A stretch of DNA of 64,000 bases from Thermoprotei archaeon (GTDB lineage: Archaea; Thermoproteota; Thermoprotei; Thermoproteales; B15-G16). The notes under the pieces are model-generated. The model was not told where the DNA came from and did no database searches. It worked only from the letters and a program-made list of their open reading frames with translations. Positions 10,421-21,130 of the stretch are shown piece after piece. The DNA is taken from assembly GCA_003649205.1 (NCBI GenBank), contig QMRC01000002.1:64001-128000 (forward strand), given 5' to 3'. A program made the translations under genes and the position numbers. How positions within the stretch are numbered: position 1 is the stretch's first letter; each line of letters begins with the position of its first letter.

Positions 10421-11719
10421 CTACCACGTATCTATCTGAGATATGTACACTATCCTGCGTGGAAATAGTGTGTGAAGTACTCGTAAAGCAGCTTTATCAC
10501 AGGACAGAAACTCTACCTCGCTTCTAAGCAAGACATCACTAAAACTATAAACACCGTAGATAAGTCTGGTAATACCGTCCCGAGAGAGGTGCACCTTATT
10601 GCTTGCTGGTACTGTACTGGGTAGAATCTCCACATATCCCTTATCGATATCTATCCTAGCGCATCCATAGGGGGAGCACAGATCTATAGATGTCGACACA
10701 GCTAGACCTACTTCCTCAACCCTCCTCCTGAGCTCCGGCTCTAACTGCTTACATAGCTTGTACTGATCAATGACGTAGTCCATGTACACGCTACCACTAA
10801 ATCTCTCAAACATATCGAGCACATCACTGAGTTCCGGAACATAAGGTACGAAGAGCCTAACAACACGAACATCCTCAGCGATCAACCTCCTCAACACCTC
10901 CCTAAGCACAGACCTCAGATACCTACCATCAATAGCTGCAACCTCAAGAACAACCCCCTCCTCTCTAGGCCAAACTCCTCTCCTCATTCTCGAAGCAACG
11001 AGACCCAGAGCATACCCAACAACCCTACCACCATCCAAAGCCACAACTCTAACACCACTATCCCTCTCATCGTAGAGGAAACTATGGTAGAACGTCTTCT
11101 CCAAAACCCTAGCTCTCCAGTACTCAAGTGGTCTCCAAACCATACCAGAGAACCTACTACTCCAAATATCATACACCCTAGCAACCTCCTCAATCCTCTC
11201 CTCATCCAACTCCTCAAACTCAAGATCAGGACCACCAGACAAAACATCCAAAGCCCTCTCAACCCTGTCTCGAGCACCAACAAACTCATAGAAAGTAAAC
11301 GTATCAGCATAACCAAGGGACCTATACACCCTATAACCAGCACTACCGTACTCCGTCAATAGCGAGGATAGAGCAAGACCAAACTTACGGCACACCTCCA
11401 AAGCCAACTTCATCAATGATGTAGCAATACCCCTCCTACGGTACTCAGGATGAGTAGAGACATTAGCAATCCCCCCAGTATCCACATAAGCAACACCCAC
11501 ACGTAACCTCCTAACAACAAGCTGTACATGACCCACGATCTTACCTCCTTCCTCAGCTACGAGAGCTAAGTCCCTCCTAAAACCATAGTCACTAGACTCA
11601 TACGAAACCCAATCATCAACAGTCAAACCCCACACACCATAGGACCTAAAGCAAGTTCTCAAGAGCCCAACAATACCAACCTCATCCCCAGGTCTATACC
11701 TACGAAACACAACCACCAC
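10421..11719 (-). CDS. Eis-like GNAT acetyltransferase
   Basis: GGIANVSTHPEYRRRGIATSLM acetyl-CoA motif and YRSLGY; tandem GNAT plus SCP2-like C-terminal layout; 432 aa. Confidence 0.85.
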   Translation of the reverse strand: MVVVFRRYRPGDEVGIVGLLRTCFRSYGVWGLTVDDWVSYESSDYGFRRDLALVAEEGGKIVGHVQLVVRRLRVGVAYVDTGGIANVSTHPEYRRRGIATSLMKLALEVCRKFGLALSSLLTEYGSAGYRVYRSLGYADTFTFYEFVGARDRVERALDVLSGGPDLEFEELDEERIEEVARVYDIWSSRFSGMVWRPLEYWRARVLEKTFYHSFLYDERDSGVRVVALDGGRVVGYALGLVASRMRRGVWPREEGVVLEVAAIDGRYLRSVLREVLRRLIAEDVRVVRLFVPYVPELSDVLDMFERFSGSVYMDYVIDQYKLCKQLEPELRRRVEEVGLAVSTSIDLCSPYGCARIDIDKGYVEILPSTVPASNKVHLSRDGITRLIYGVYSFSDVLLRSEVEFLSCDKAALRVLHTLFPRRIVYISQIDTW

Positions 11720-13027
11720 ACACCACCCTTACAACCCAACGAAAAACAACAGTAATAACTAATAGAGATCAGAGCCTCAAGCACTCACCATTAACCACAA
11801 CCTCGAAACAACACCTTTTCACAGTATCGATTTAATTCACCTAGTCGCAAGAGCTAGTTTCGACCACCTGCTAATGAATTTAGTAAAAGTAAAAGTCCAT
11901 AGTCTTGCTACAGAAGACTAGAACCCGTACTTAGGAGATGAATTCTCAGCTCACGCCACAGTTTGAGGAGAGCATGACCGCAGTTAAGAGATCAGGTTGA
12001 AAGTTTATTACTGAAGTTAATAGAGTTCTAGCGAAGGTCTTTAGATACATTTCCCGGTCTATAGAATTGCTGTTATGATCATCGCTACGGCTATTGATAC
12101 AGGGAGCAGCAGTAGGTCTCGATACAGAATTGGTAAAGTATGTGAGAGACAATACAGAGGTCTTCCAGTTGATGTACACTGCACTGACAGGTGAAGTCAA
12201 GACCCTCAAGACACTAAGTGATAACCCCCAAGCCCAGGAACAACATCCAAAAACACCATGATAGTTATCGGTATCGCCATACCACTCTCAGCTGTAATTC
12301 ATAGCACTACCCCACTTAAAGAGACTTAAAGGGAAGAACCAATTTAGGTCTCTTCAATGATATGGTATTAGGTAAGAACCTATACACTCTCAACATCTCC
12401 AGGGAGATAATACGGTCTAAACTTTTGAATCACCACAAGACACTCATAACCGTGCTCTCTATCACAATAAACGTGGAGAACTCGCTATTAGAACTTCCCA
12501 TAGATTTGCAGGAGTTTACATAGTTGCATACATAACCACTAAACTACTTAGCGTAGCCTCCATGGACGTCACCGTATATCAAATTAACTAACCTCATCAC
12601 GAACTCGCTACACACATCACTCATCCTCATAGGTAATGCATTAACAACACTAAACCCAACTAACATATAATTCACATCGATGAGACATATATCCTAAGCA
12701 CACTCGTAAAGTCACTAATGCCACCTGCTGTGATGAACCTCATCCTTGCGCATACATTCAATCTTAACTACGTACTTGCTTCCACAATCCTAGCACCACC
12801 AACACCGACACCCATAGCCATAGTAGTAACCATGACCATAGCCCTATAAACGGTGGTGTTAGTATCCCTGTAACCACAATGTAGATTCCTATCTCCCATA
12901 GTTGAACTATGGAGTTGATTAATCAAGACCTGGAAAGGTTCTAAAGTAATGTCAAGGTTTAACCAAGTGTCGTAATGCGAACATGTATATTTCAAGGACC
13001 TGTTCCTCAGTATACTGGGGATGAGCA

Positions 13028-13936
13028 GTGATTAGAATCCCAAGAAGTAAAGTCGTGTACAGTTTTAGCCCCAAACATAGTCCAGCCGCTTATGCTAAAC
13101 CAGGTGAAGTAGTTGTCTTTGAAACCATCGATGCACTTGGGGGACAGATCAAAAGTGAAAACACTAGCTTAGAATCTCTAGATTGGACAAAGGTTAATCC
13201 AGCTACAGGCCCTCTATATGTTGAAGGTGCTGAGGCAGGGGATACTCTCGTAGTGGATATCCTCGACATATCTACCGAGGAACAAGCAGTAATACTCGTA
13301 GTACCTGGGTACGGTGCATTACATGACAAGAAGTTTAATCCCAAAGTCAAGCTACTGCAAAGACGTAGAGATTACCTACTGTTCAACAACATAGAGATAC
13401 CGGTAAAACCCATGATAGGTGTAATCGGTGTCGCACCACCTGAAGGAGAGGTACCTACAGGATCCCTTGGTGCTCACGGAGGTAACATGGATGTAGCCCT
13501 CATAACACGAGGAACAAAACTCTACCTACCAGTATTCGTAAAGGGAGCACTCCTAGCAATTGGAGATCTTCATTTAGTACAAGGAGATGGAGAGCTATGT
13601 GTATCAGCAGCTGAAGTGTCCGGAGAAGTAATGGTTAGAGTAGACGTAGTAAAGGGGAAGAGACCGAGATACCCGGTACTGGAGCTAGAAGATAGGTACG
13701 CAATACTTGCCTTCGGAAAAACACTTGACGAAGCAGCCTACCGAGCAACCGAAGAAGCAGTTGAAGCACTTAAAAGAGCACACAACCTAAACTTCGAAGA
13801 AGCGTACATGCTAGCAAGCCTCATAGTGAACCTAAGGATAAATCAAGTCGTAGACCCACTTAAAGGTGTAAGAGCAGAAATACCAAAGAAATACATCGAC
13901 ATAGATAACATACTAGTAGAGACCAAACAAAGCTAG
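13028..13936 (+). CDS. Acetamidase/formamidase family protein
   Basis: NPATGPLYVEGAEAGD, HGGNMD, GDLHLVQGDGE and AYMLAS...QVVDP motifs. Confidence 0.93.
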   Translation: MIRIPRSKVVYSFSPKHSPAAYAKPGEVVVFETIDALGGQIKSENTSLESLDWTKVNPATGPLYVEGAEAGDTLVVDILDISTEEQAVILVVPGYGALHDKKFNPKVKLLQRRRDYLLFNNIEIPVKPMIGVIGVAPPEGEVPTGSLGAHGGNMDVALITRGTKLYLPVFVKGALLAIGDLHLVQGDGELCVSAAEVSGEVMVRVDVVKGKRPRYPVLELEDRYAILAFGKTLDEAAYRATEEAVEALKRAHNLNFEEAYMLASLIVNLRINQVVDPLKGVRAEIPKKYIDIDNILVETKQS

Positions 13937-13994
13937 AACAACACAACAAGAATACAGACGCCTAAGGAAGGAACCATATGGAAATTTCAAGAGT

Positions 13995-14843
13995 TTACTT
14001 TCTCGACCTACTTGACCTACCTCCTCTAAACGTCAAAACTACCCCAAGAACGGTCAAGGCAATCCCTACAATAGCTCCCAAACTAGGTTTCTCATTCAGT
14101 ATGAGCCATCCTAGAGTAGTAGCACCATAAGGCTCAAAGGCCATAGCAGTTGTCACTAACGTCGCAGGGTAACGCCTCATAGCGTAGTTCAGCGCAGTAT
14201 GGCCAATAGCCATAGGTACTAAACCCATGAGTACAAGGTAGACAATACTCTCCGCTCTAGTAGCTAGAGGATTTACACCCAGTACACAGCAGATAACACT
14301 AGTTACGAGGAACGCCACCAAGTAAACACTAACAACATACCCCATCGTATCCCTACTAGATTTACCCACTACACGACCTATCTGGAAATAAATTGACCCA
14401 GCAACCGTAGCCGCAAAGGCAAGGATTACACCCATAGATGTTGCACCACTCCAAGGCTGAGAAAGCACGTAAATACCCAGTAACGTCACCACAACACCAA
14501 GCATCTGCAATCTCGAGAACTTCTCCCTCAAAACAACGTACTCAAAGGGAAGAGTGACCACAGGATACGAGATAACTATTCCACTCGCAGGAGCAATCGC
14601 CATGTAGTTCAAACTCTCAAGCCATAGAGAAAAGTGAATAGCAAGAGCAACTCCAGCAATCACCGTGTACCAATCCAACCTCAGAGACCTCTTAAACACA
14701 GTCACATAGCACAGAAGCACAATCGAACCTACCAACAACCTCCACCAAGCAGCAACATAACCTGAAACAAGCGCCAACCTAGCCAAAACAGCTGCCCATG
14801 ATATCGCAAAGATACCCAACACCAAAGACAACGCATATCTCAA
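13995..14843 (-). CDS. DMT/EamA family transporter
   Basis: About 10 TM helices; LAIHFSLWLESL, GHTALNYAM and EPYGATTLGWLILNE. Confidence 0.88.
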   Translation of the reverse strand: MRYALSLVLGIFAISWAAVLARLALVSGYVAAWWRLLVGSIVLLCYVTVFKRSLRLDWYTVIAGVALAIHFSLWLESLNYMAIAPASGIVISYPVVTLPFEYVVLREKFSRLQMLGVVVTLLGIYVLSQPWSGATSMGVILAFAATVAGSIYFQIGRVVGKSSRDTMGYVVSVYLVAFLVTSVICCVLGVNPLATRAESIVYLVLMGLVPMAIGHTALNYAMRRYPATLVTTAMAFEPYGATTLGWLILNEKPSLGAIVGIALTVLGVVLTFRGGRSSRSRK

Positions 14844-14932
14844 TCAGCTAGCACCTCAAGTACACCAAATAGACCTAGTGGGTTACAAAAGGGTATCACA
14901 ACTACTTACAGCAGAACTGAACCCAGCACCTT

Positions 14933-17134
14933 CTACTCCGAAGCCTTTACAAGGGCCTTTAGTAACCTCCTCACATCATACGGTGAAGGCACGTTGTACT
15001 TCGCCCTAGAAGGAACTATACCAACCCTAATAGTGTACGCATACTCAGGCAACGTAGCAAACATCTCCTCATCAGTCCTATCATCACCAATAGCCAGTAT
15101 GAAGTCCCACTTCCTCTTCTTAAGCCAATTAAGTACAGCTCTACCCTTACTAATGCCCGCACTCCTAATCTCTATAACCCTATTACCCTCAATAACCTCC
15201 AGGTTATACGTAGCTACTAAATTCGTGAGAAACTCCTTAAGTTCCTTAGCCCTAGTCTCACCGAGCTCTACACCAGCTCTCCTGTAGTGCCAAGCAATGG
15301 AAAACTCCTTCTCCTCAATAAACGAACCTGGAGTCCTATCAACATAAAGCTCCAAAATCCTCCTAATCTCCCTCTTCCAATCACTCTTCAAAGGCACAGC
15401 AACTCTCCATGACCCTCCTCTCTCCTTAATCCACGCACCATGCTCAGCTACAAGACTTATGCCTAAATCACCAAACCACTCATCGAGAGTCCTACGATCC
15501 CTACCACTAACTATCACAACCTCATTCCCAGGAGTCTCAGCAAGTCTCCTCAAAATCTCCACAACCTCACCATCGGGTCTCGCGAGATCAGGTCTCTCAA
15601 CAAGAGGAGTAAGAGTACCATCGTAATCCAGCAGAATTAACCTACTCCTACTCCTAACATAGTCACTAACCAACCTCTCCTCCACATCTACAGTCAATAC
15701 CTTAGCCTTTAACCTACTCTGCTCCTCCTTCACCTCATTAAGACTCTCAAGGAAATCATCAGCCCACCTAAAGACGTCGTACCTCTTCACCCTAAGCTGC
15801 ATAAACCACATTCTCTTAGCTCTCTCATCCCTAGGCATCTCCAACGCCATCTTAATAGCTCTAGCCACCTCCTCCCTATTATTAGGATTGACTACAAGAG
15901 CCTCAACAAGTTCCAGAGACGCACCAGCCCCCTCGCTCAATATCAAAACTCCATCACCATCAACCTTAGACGCAACAAACTCCTTAGAAACCAAGTTCAT
16001 ACCATCCCTAAGAGGAGTTATGAGAGCAACCTCTGCAACCCTGTAAAGCGCTAAGAGTTCCTCCACAGGAATGTACCTGTACATGTAGAGTACAGGACTC
16101 CAACCAGGTGTAGCATACTTACCATTGATCTTACCAACAAGCTCATCAATCTGCTTCTTAAGCTCAACATACTCTTCCACACCCATTCTAGAAGGAGAGA
16201 CCACCAGCACAAAGACAACCTTACCCCTATACTCAGGATACTGCTCCAAAAACAACTCATAAGCCTTAAGCCTCTGCACAATACCCTTCGTGTAGTCAAG
16301 TCTATCAATTGAGAAGATGACCCTCAATCCCTTAAAGGTCTCCCTGAGAGCTCTATACCTCTCCTCAACCTCTGGCGTATTGAGAAGCTTGATAAGCTCC
16401 TCGTAGTTTATACCCATCGGAAAAGCATCCACCTTAACCACACGCCCACTCACATAGATCCTACCCAAGACATGGTCAAAACCCAGAAGCCTCCTCACAC
16501 TACTCAAGAAGTGCCTTACATAGTCATAGGTGTGGAACCCCACTAGGTCAGCTCCGAGAATTCCCTGTAGTATCTCCCTTCTCCAGGGTAGTAAGCGGAA
16601 GACCTCCGACGATGGAAACGGTATGTGTAGGAAGTACCCTATAGGGACGTCATCCCCCAACTCCCTACGAAGCAACTCAGGCAACAGCATGAGGTGGTAA
16701 TCGTGAATCCAAATCACATCACCAGGCTTATAGATCTGCAGTACCGCCTCCGCAAAAGCTTTGTTAACACGAACATAAGCATCCCAGTACCCAGGCTCAT
16801 ACCGTACCTTCTCAGAAAAATAGTGGAAGAGAGGCCAAATAATCTTATTACAGAAGCCATAGTAGTAATCCTCTATGTCTTGCCTCGTGAGGAACACCGG
16901 GTACAAATTCTTAGAGGCTAAGACCTCCTCAATCCTCCTCCTATCACTCCAACTAATCTCCTCCAGAGGTATCCCCGGCCAACCAATCCATATACTGGAA
17001 CCCCTACGGTGAACAGCCACAAGACCCGTCGCTAAACCACCTGTACTAGGCTCAACTACAGGTCGTCCATTCTTCCTAACAACCTTCACAGGTAACCTAT
17101 TAGATACAAGTATCAACCTATTCCCAGGCCGCAT
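14933..17134 (-). CDS. tpsp: Bifunctional trehalose-6-phosphate synthase/phosphatase (GT20 + HAD)
   Basis: VSNRLP, GGLA, WIHDYHL, FLHIPFP, DRLDYTKG and DGMNLVSKE, then HAD motifs LDYDGTL, SGRD and GDDRTDE. ATG at 17134 follows a GGTGGGG RBS. Confidence 0.95.
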   Translation of the reverse strand: MRPGNRLILVSNRLPVKVVRKNGRPVVEPSTGGLATGLVAVHRRGSSIWIGWPGIPLEEISWSDRRRIEEVLASKNLYPVFLTRQDIEDYYYGFCNKIIWPLFHYFSEKVRYEPGYWDAYVRVNKAFAEAVLQIYKPGDVIWIHDYHLMLLPELLRRELGDDVPIGYFLHIPFPSSEVFRLLPWRREILQGILGADLVGFHTYDYVRHFLSSVRRLLGFDHVLGRIYVSGRVVKVDAFPMGINYEELIKLLNTPEVEERYRALRETFKGLRVIFSIDRLDYTKGIVQRLKAYELFLEQYPEYRGKVVFVLVVSPSRMGVEEYVELKKQIDELVGKINGKYATPGWSPVLYMYRYIPVEELLALYRVAEVALITPLRDGMNLVSKEFVASKVDGDGVLILSEGAGASLELVEALVVNPNNREEVARAIKMALEMPRDERAKRMWFMQLRVKRYDVFRWADDFLESLNEVKEEQSRLKAKVLTVDVEERLVSDYVRSRSRLILLDYDGTLTPLVERPDLARPDGEVVEILRRLAETPGNEVVIVSGRDRRTLDEWFGDLGISLVAEHGAWIKERGGSWRVAVPLKSDWKREIRRILELYVDRTPGSFIEEKEFSIAWHYRRAGVELGETRAKELKEFLTNLVATYNLEVIEGNRVIEIRSAGISKGRAVLNWLKKRKWDFILAIGDDRTDEEMFATLPEYAYTIRVGIVPSRAKYNVPSPYDVRRLLKALVKASE

Positions 17135-17418
17135 CCACAAACCCCACCACACAGGTAAACACAGTCAGTACCTTACTCTAGCCTCACGAGAAGGCACATA
17201 CCTAAACGAAGTGAAATCCCTAAGCACCTTAACCAAGTACCTGAAGACCCTACAAACACATTCCCCTATTTTAAACTACTCACATATGTAACTAAACACA
17301 TCCACGAACGTAACACCCCACATCAAAACAACAACACACAACACCATACCATAACACCCAGCAATTCACAACATAAAATTAATCACTCAGCACTATCCAA
17401 ACAACTAGTTGTTTCCCC

Positions 17419-18201
17419 TCACGAGAAGAGTACTGTCCTCACAGCAGTTAAGATAGACATCGAGTAGTACAGTAGAGCAGCTATAGCCCTAAGCTTCCTC
17501 TCCTCAAGTCTAATCACGAATCTAGCGGCGGTACTAGCGCCTAAGTACGTACCCGCTGCAAGAGGTAGTGCGAGAAGTACATCATACACTCCATGAGCTA
17601 CGTACGATGTGAGCCCGAACGCAGCAGTAATACCGACCATCATCTTACTAGTAGCGAGAGCCTCCTTAACACTGAGACCGAGAACAGCAATCAGTATGGG
17701 GACCTTGATGACACCACCACCAATACCTGTCGTAGCAGAGAGAAAACCAGCAAACATGGAGATAAGGAGAGCAAGCTTCAAACTCCTGGGAGGTCTCAAC
17801 CGAGGTTGAAGGACAATTACAGTACCAGCAAGAGCAAGGGCGCAGGAAATAGCGAGAGCAACGTAGGAACCAGGTAATCTCACAGCAACAAAACCACCGA
17901 GAACAGCACCAACAATAGTGACAGACTCAAGAACAAGACCAACCCTAACCCTCACCAAACCCCTCCTAAGGAACCTCACCAAACCACCAAGACCAGTACC
18001 GAGAACAGCAGTTAAGCTAGCAGAGACAGCGAGATGAGGCTCAACACCCAGCAAAACAAGGGTAGGAGACACAACACTACCACCACCAATACCAAGAAAT
18101 GTACCAATGAAACCAGCAATGAAACCAATCAAAACCAGTACAGGTAAGTAAGGCACCAAACCTAAACACCACACAAAAAGCTTGAAGGTCAAGTAAATCA
18201 A
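17419..18201 (-). CDS. TauE/SafE family (sulfite exporter-like) membrane protein
   Basis: Duplicated GIGGG motifs (LGIGGGSVVSP, TGIGGGVIKVP) and ALATS. Confidence 0.88.
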   Translation of the reverse strand: MIYLTFKLFVWCLGLVPYLPVLVLIGFIAGFIGTFLGIGGGSVVSPTLVLLGVEPHLAVSASLTAVLGTGLGGLVRFLRRGLVRVRVGLVLESVTIVGAVLGGFVAVRLPGSYVALAISCALALAGTVIVLQPRLRPPRSLKLALLISMFAGFLSATTGIGGGVIKVPILIAVLGLSVKEALATSKMMVGITAAFGLTSYVAHGVYDVLLALPLAAGTYLGASTAARFVIRLEERKLRAIAALLYYSMSILTAVRTVLFS

Positions 18202-18294
18202 TTACTGAAAGAGTAAGAAGATGAACCAAAGCGAGTAGAGAACTTTATGCACGTACCACACGTAGATAACTAGTGAGTACGAGGTCTCAACCTC

Positions 18295-18846
18295 ATGTCA
18301 GAGCTAATTCAGGAAACAATACGTACACCCAAGGTGATTTAGGAGAAGATCAAGCAGCTAAATATCGACCTAGATACCCTAGTAATAGAGCTACTAATCA
18401 AAGAGCTGAACATCAGCTCTAGAGAGGAGATACAGATACATCTACAACTTGCTCAAAAACACTTTGAGGAAGCAAAGAAGTACCTAACTGAAAATAATCT
18501 AGTTCAAGCTAGTGAGAAGCTGTATAAGTGTGCCGAGGAGTGTATTAAGGCACTAGCTATGAAGTACAGAGTACCTGAGGTTGAGGAATATCGTAGAGAA
18601 GGTAGGTAGTGGACGAAGCTCCTCTCAAGAGCAGCTAAGAGATTGGCAGCTACACTAAGTAGTGAAATCATATGTATTGCATGGTCTATAGCATACGTCC
18701 TACATGTATGGGGATTTCACGAAGCATCACTAGAGGTATGTCATGTGAGTAGCTGTGTTAAGTACATTGAGCAACTACTCAAGGGAAACAATGAGGAGAG
18801 TAGAGGTACACAATACACAGTGATTTCACTTAGTAACAAGGTATAG
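18295..18846 (+). pseudogene. PaREP1 family (HEPN-like) pseudogene
   Basis: One frame from ATG 18295 contains QASEKLYKCAEECIKALA and LHVWGFHEA, but has TAG stops at 18340 and 18607 (the latter at the conserved W of GRW). Confidence 0.85.
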
Positions 18847-18925
18847 GTGACTAGAGGTGAGTTAGTGGTAAGGTAAGTGAAGATTTTAAGCTGAAGAACC
18901 ACTGTATATGTAGGTCTAGGGAGTT

Positions 18926-19051
18926 ATGAAGCTTGGAAGAATTAGAGGTAGAATAGGACACATATACCCAATTAGAAGGAGAGTAGGACACATATACCCG
19001 CTATCTAAGGTGAGGAAACTCCATGGCAGTGAGGGTAAGGCTCAGGATTAG
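18926..19051 (+). CDS. Small Arg/Gly-rich peptide (41 aa) overlapping the start of a retropepsin-like gene
   Basis: MKLGRIRGRIGHIYPIRRRVGHIYPLSKVRKLHGSEGKAQD*. GGGAG RBS and a TTTTAAG TATA-like element upstream; an analogous uORF lies at 36740. Confidence 0.55.
   Translation: MKLGRIRGRIGHIYPIRRRVGHIYPLSKVRKLHGSEGKAQD
18941..19000 (+). repeat. Two 30-bp direct repeats encoding IRxRxGHIYP
   Basis: attagaggtagaataggacacatataccca / attagaaggagagtaggacacatatacccg. Confidence 0.9.
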
Positions 19052-19448
19052 ATGTCTTAAGTCGGGTAGAGAGGTAGTGACATCAGCTCTCGTCAACTCA
19101 GGTTTTGAAGCGGAAACACCACAACTACTCATACCGCGTAGATTAGCAACAGAGCTCAACCTCTGGCCACCACCAGAAGAAGCAGTACTAATCGAAGTAG
19201 GTACAGCAGGAGGACCAGTACGAAACTACCTCATACCAAATGTAGCAGAGGTCTACGTAGAGACCCAAGATAGAACCGTAGGACCAGTGAAGTGTGACAT
19301 CATGATCTCTAGCTATGAGTACGAAGTACTCATAAGCGATAAGCTAGGAGGTGAGTTAGGGATCGTAATCCTAGATCTTAGAGGGAAGTGGAGGTTCAGT
19401 GATGAGGATAAGGTAAGAGAGACAGAACCACCACAGTACTGGTTCTAG
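19023..19448 (+). CDS. Retropepsin-like (clan AA fold) protein with Asn in place of the catalytic Asp
   Basis: SALVNSGFE (canonical ALxDTGF), VGTAGG flap and EVLISD. Confidence 0.75.
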   Translation: MAVRVRLRIRCLKSGREVVTSALVNSGFEAETPQLLIPRRLATELNLWPPPEEAVLIEVGTAGGPVRNYLIPNVAEVYVETQDRTVGPVKCDIMISSYEYEVLISDKLGGELGIVILDLRGKWRFSDEDKVRETEPPQYWF

Positions 19449-19568
19449 TAGCATAACAGCATGAAGAACACCCTCTCTAGACCTCTACAGTAAGTGAGAT
19501 GAACCATCACTTAAAAGGAGCACCGTACACTACTAAATCGAGACGAGAACACTAGCGGTGTTGACGCT

Positions 19569-20315
19569 ATGGGTAAGCTACGAGAGTACATGGAGCAGTG
19601 GTTCAAGGAGGCAAAACACGATCTAGAACTCGCTAAGAGATTTCGAAATGAACAACTACACCACGTAGCATGCTTCTTCGCACAGCAAGCAGCTGAGAAA
19701 GCACTAAAGGCACTGTACTACATCTGTCGTAGACCACACCCTCGAACACATGACCTAGAGAAGCTGTACCTAGAGCTACCACAGGAAGTACAGTCCATAC
19801 AGCACGACTTCACCATAAAAGACCTAAGAACACTAACAGACTACTACGAGAAATCAAGGTACCCAGACGCCATCAGAGGACTACCCTCCGAGAAGATAGA
19901 TAGAGAGGATGCAGACCTAACCATAGAAATAGCTGAGAAAGTAATTTCCTGGGTCGAGAAAATCATAGCAACACACCCCATTGAAGATCCTGATCCACAA
20001 GCCATAGACATAGCTAGAGAAGTAGTTCGAAAACTCAAGACAAAAATCACAGTAACAGAAGCATACGTCTTCGGAAGTAGAGTACGAGGAGACTGGAACA
20101 CCTACAGCGACCTAGACATAGTCATAGTATCACCAAACTTCAAAAACCTCAAACCACTAGAAAGACTAAAACTCACACTAAACATCCTAGAAAACCTCAA
20201 CACACCATACAGAGTAAACCTCTTCCTCTACACACCAGAAGAATTCAAAGAAGCACTCAATGGCGCATCACCAGCAATAGTAGATGCCTCAAAGTACTGG
20301 ATAAGAATAGACTAG
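19569..20315 (+). CDS. HEPN-MNT fusion protein
   Basis: N-half ACFFAQQAAEKALKA..THDL..SRYPD; C-half VFGSRVRGDWNTYSDLDIV. Confidence 0.9.
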   Translation: MGKLREYMEQWFKEAKHDLELAKRFRNEQLHHVACFFAQQAAEKALKALYYICRRPHPRTHDLEKLYLELPQEVQSIQHDFTIKDLRTLTDYYEKSRYPDAIRGLPSEKIDREDADLTIEIAEKVISWVEKIIATHPIEDPDPQAIDIAREVVRKLKTKITVTEAYVFGSRVRGDWNTYSDLDIVIVSPNFKNLKPLERLKLTLNILENLNTPYRVNLFLYTPEEFKEALNGASPAIVDASKYWIRID

Positions 20316-20390
20316 AGCACAAACCTAAAGTAATTATAGGATAGTGGTAGACTCAACACCGACACGAATTCCTGCAGACACAACTCAGCA

Positions 20391-20789
20391 CTAAGAACTA
20401 TGATTAAACATCTGCTTGACTAAGTGAACTACCTTCTCCGCAATAGATAGGAACCTCCTTGCAGTACCCTCAGCAATCTCTCTCCAAGGCTTCCTCAATC
20501 CAGCATTAGGATACCTAGCAATCACGTAGTAAGGAGATAGCTCTGTCAACAACTCAACATCACTAACCTCTAGCTCTAAACCAGCTACATGAAGTAGCTC
20601 CAAGAGGTCATGACTTCTAGGAGGTCTAACTCTTTTAAATCCAATAATGTAAGCTTTCAAAGCCTTTTCTACAGCTTGATGTGAGAGGAATACAGCAAGA
20701 TGGTAGCTACCACGCTTAAAAGCTTCTTTAGCCTCATTGAGATCAACTAGAGCACCCTCTAACCAATCTAGAGCCTCCTCTCTAATCAT
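20391..20789 (-). CDS. HEPN domain protein
   Basis: SHQAVEKALKA, RSHDL and ARYPNA. Confidence 0.92.
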   Translation of the reverse strand: MIREEALDWLEGALVDLNEAKEAFKRGSYHLAVFLSHQAVEKALKAYIIGFKRVRPPRSHDLLELLHVAGLELEVSDVELLTELSPYYVIARYPNAGLRKPWREIAEGTARRFLSIAEKVVHLVKQMFNHSS

Positions 20790-20803
20790 AACTACAACCC
20801 AAA

Positions 20804-21130
20804 TTAAGCAATTCTGATCCAGTACTCCATAGCATCCCTAACGACAATACTCCTCCTCTTAACCTCCTCAAACTCCTCAGGAGTATAGGCCAAGATATCA
20901 AATCCCCTATTAGGTGGCAAAAACTTCCTCAAGATAGCATACCTCTTACCAAAATCCAATCCCCTAAACCTAGGAGAAACAACAATTAAATCAACATCAC
21001 TATCAACTAACCAATCACCACGAGCAAAACTACCAAAGAGATAAACCTCAACATCACCGAGAACTTCCTTAACCTTCCTCACAAAATCCCTCAACATCTT
21101 CAGAACATCTTCAGGAACATTACCGTACAA
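20804..21130 (-). CDS. Minimal nucleotidyltransferase (MNT)
   Basis: YLFGSFARGDWLVDSDVDL and YTPEEF. Confidence 0.92.
   Translation of the reverse strand: MYGNVPEDVLKMLRDFVRKVKEVLGDVEVYLFGSFARGDWLVDSDVDLIVVSPRFRGLDFGKRYAILRKFLPPNRGFDILAYTPEEFEEVKRRSIVVRDAMEYWIRIA

Noticed and set aside
11800-13000. 1.2-kb gap with short ORFs (11946, 12768) and protein-like fragments
   Set aside because: Probably decayed coding DNA, but I could not assign a family or see RNA-gene structure.
18295-18846. Amber (TAG) recoding or pyrrolysine, suggested by two genes (18295, 61363) each broken only by two in-frame TAGs and by a corrinoid gene nearby
   Set aside because: Many intact genes end in TAG at family-typical C-termini (19448, 20315, 13936). 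One TAG replaces a conserved Trp (TGG->TAG), and no pyl genes are seen. Ordinary nonsense mutation is simpler.
18941-19000. 30-bp direct repeat as a mini-CRISPR
   Set aside because: The units abut with no spacer, are a multiple of 3 and encode a peptide repeat; no cas genes are present.
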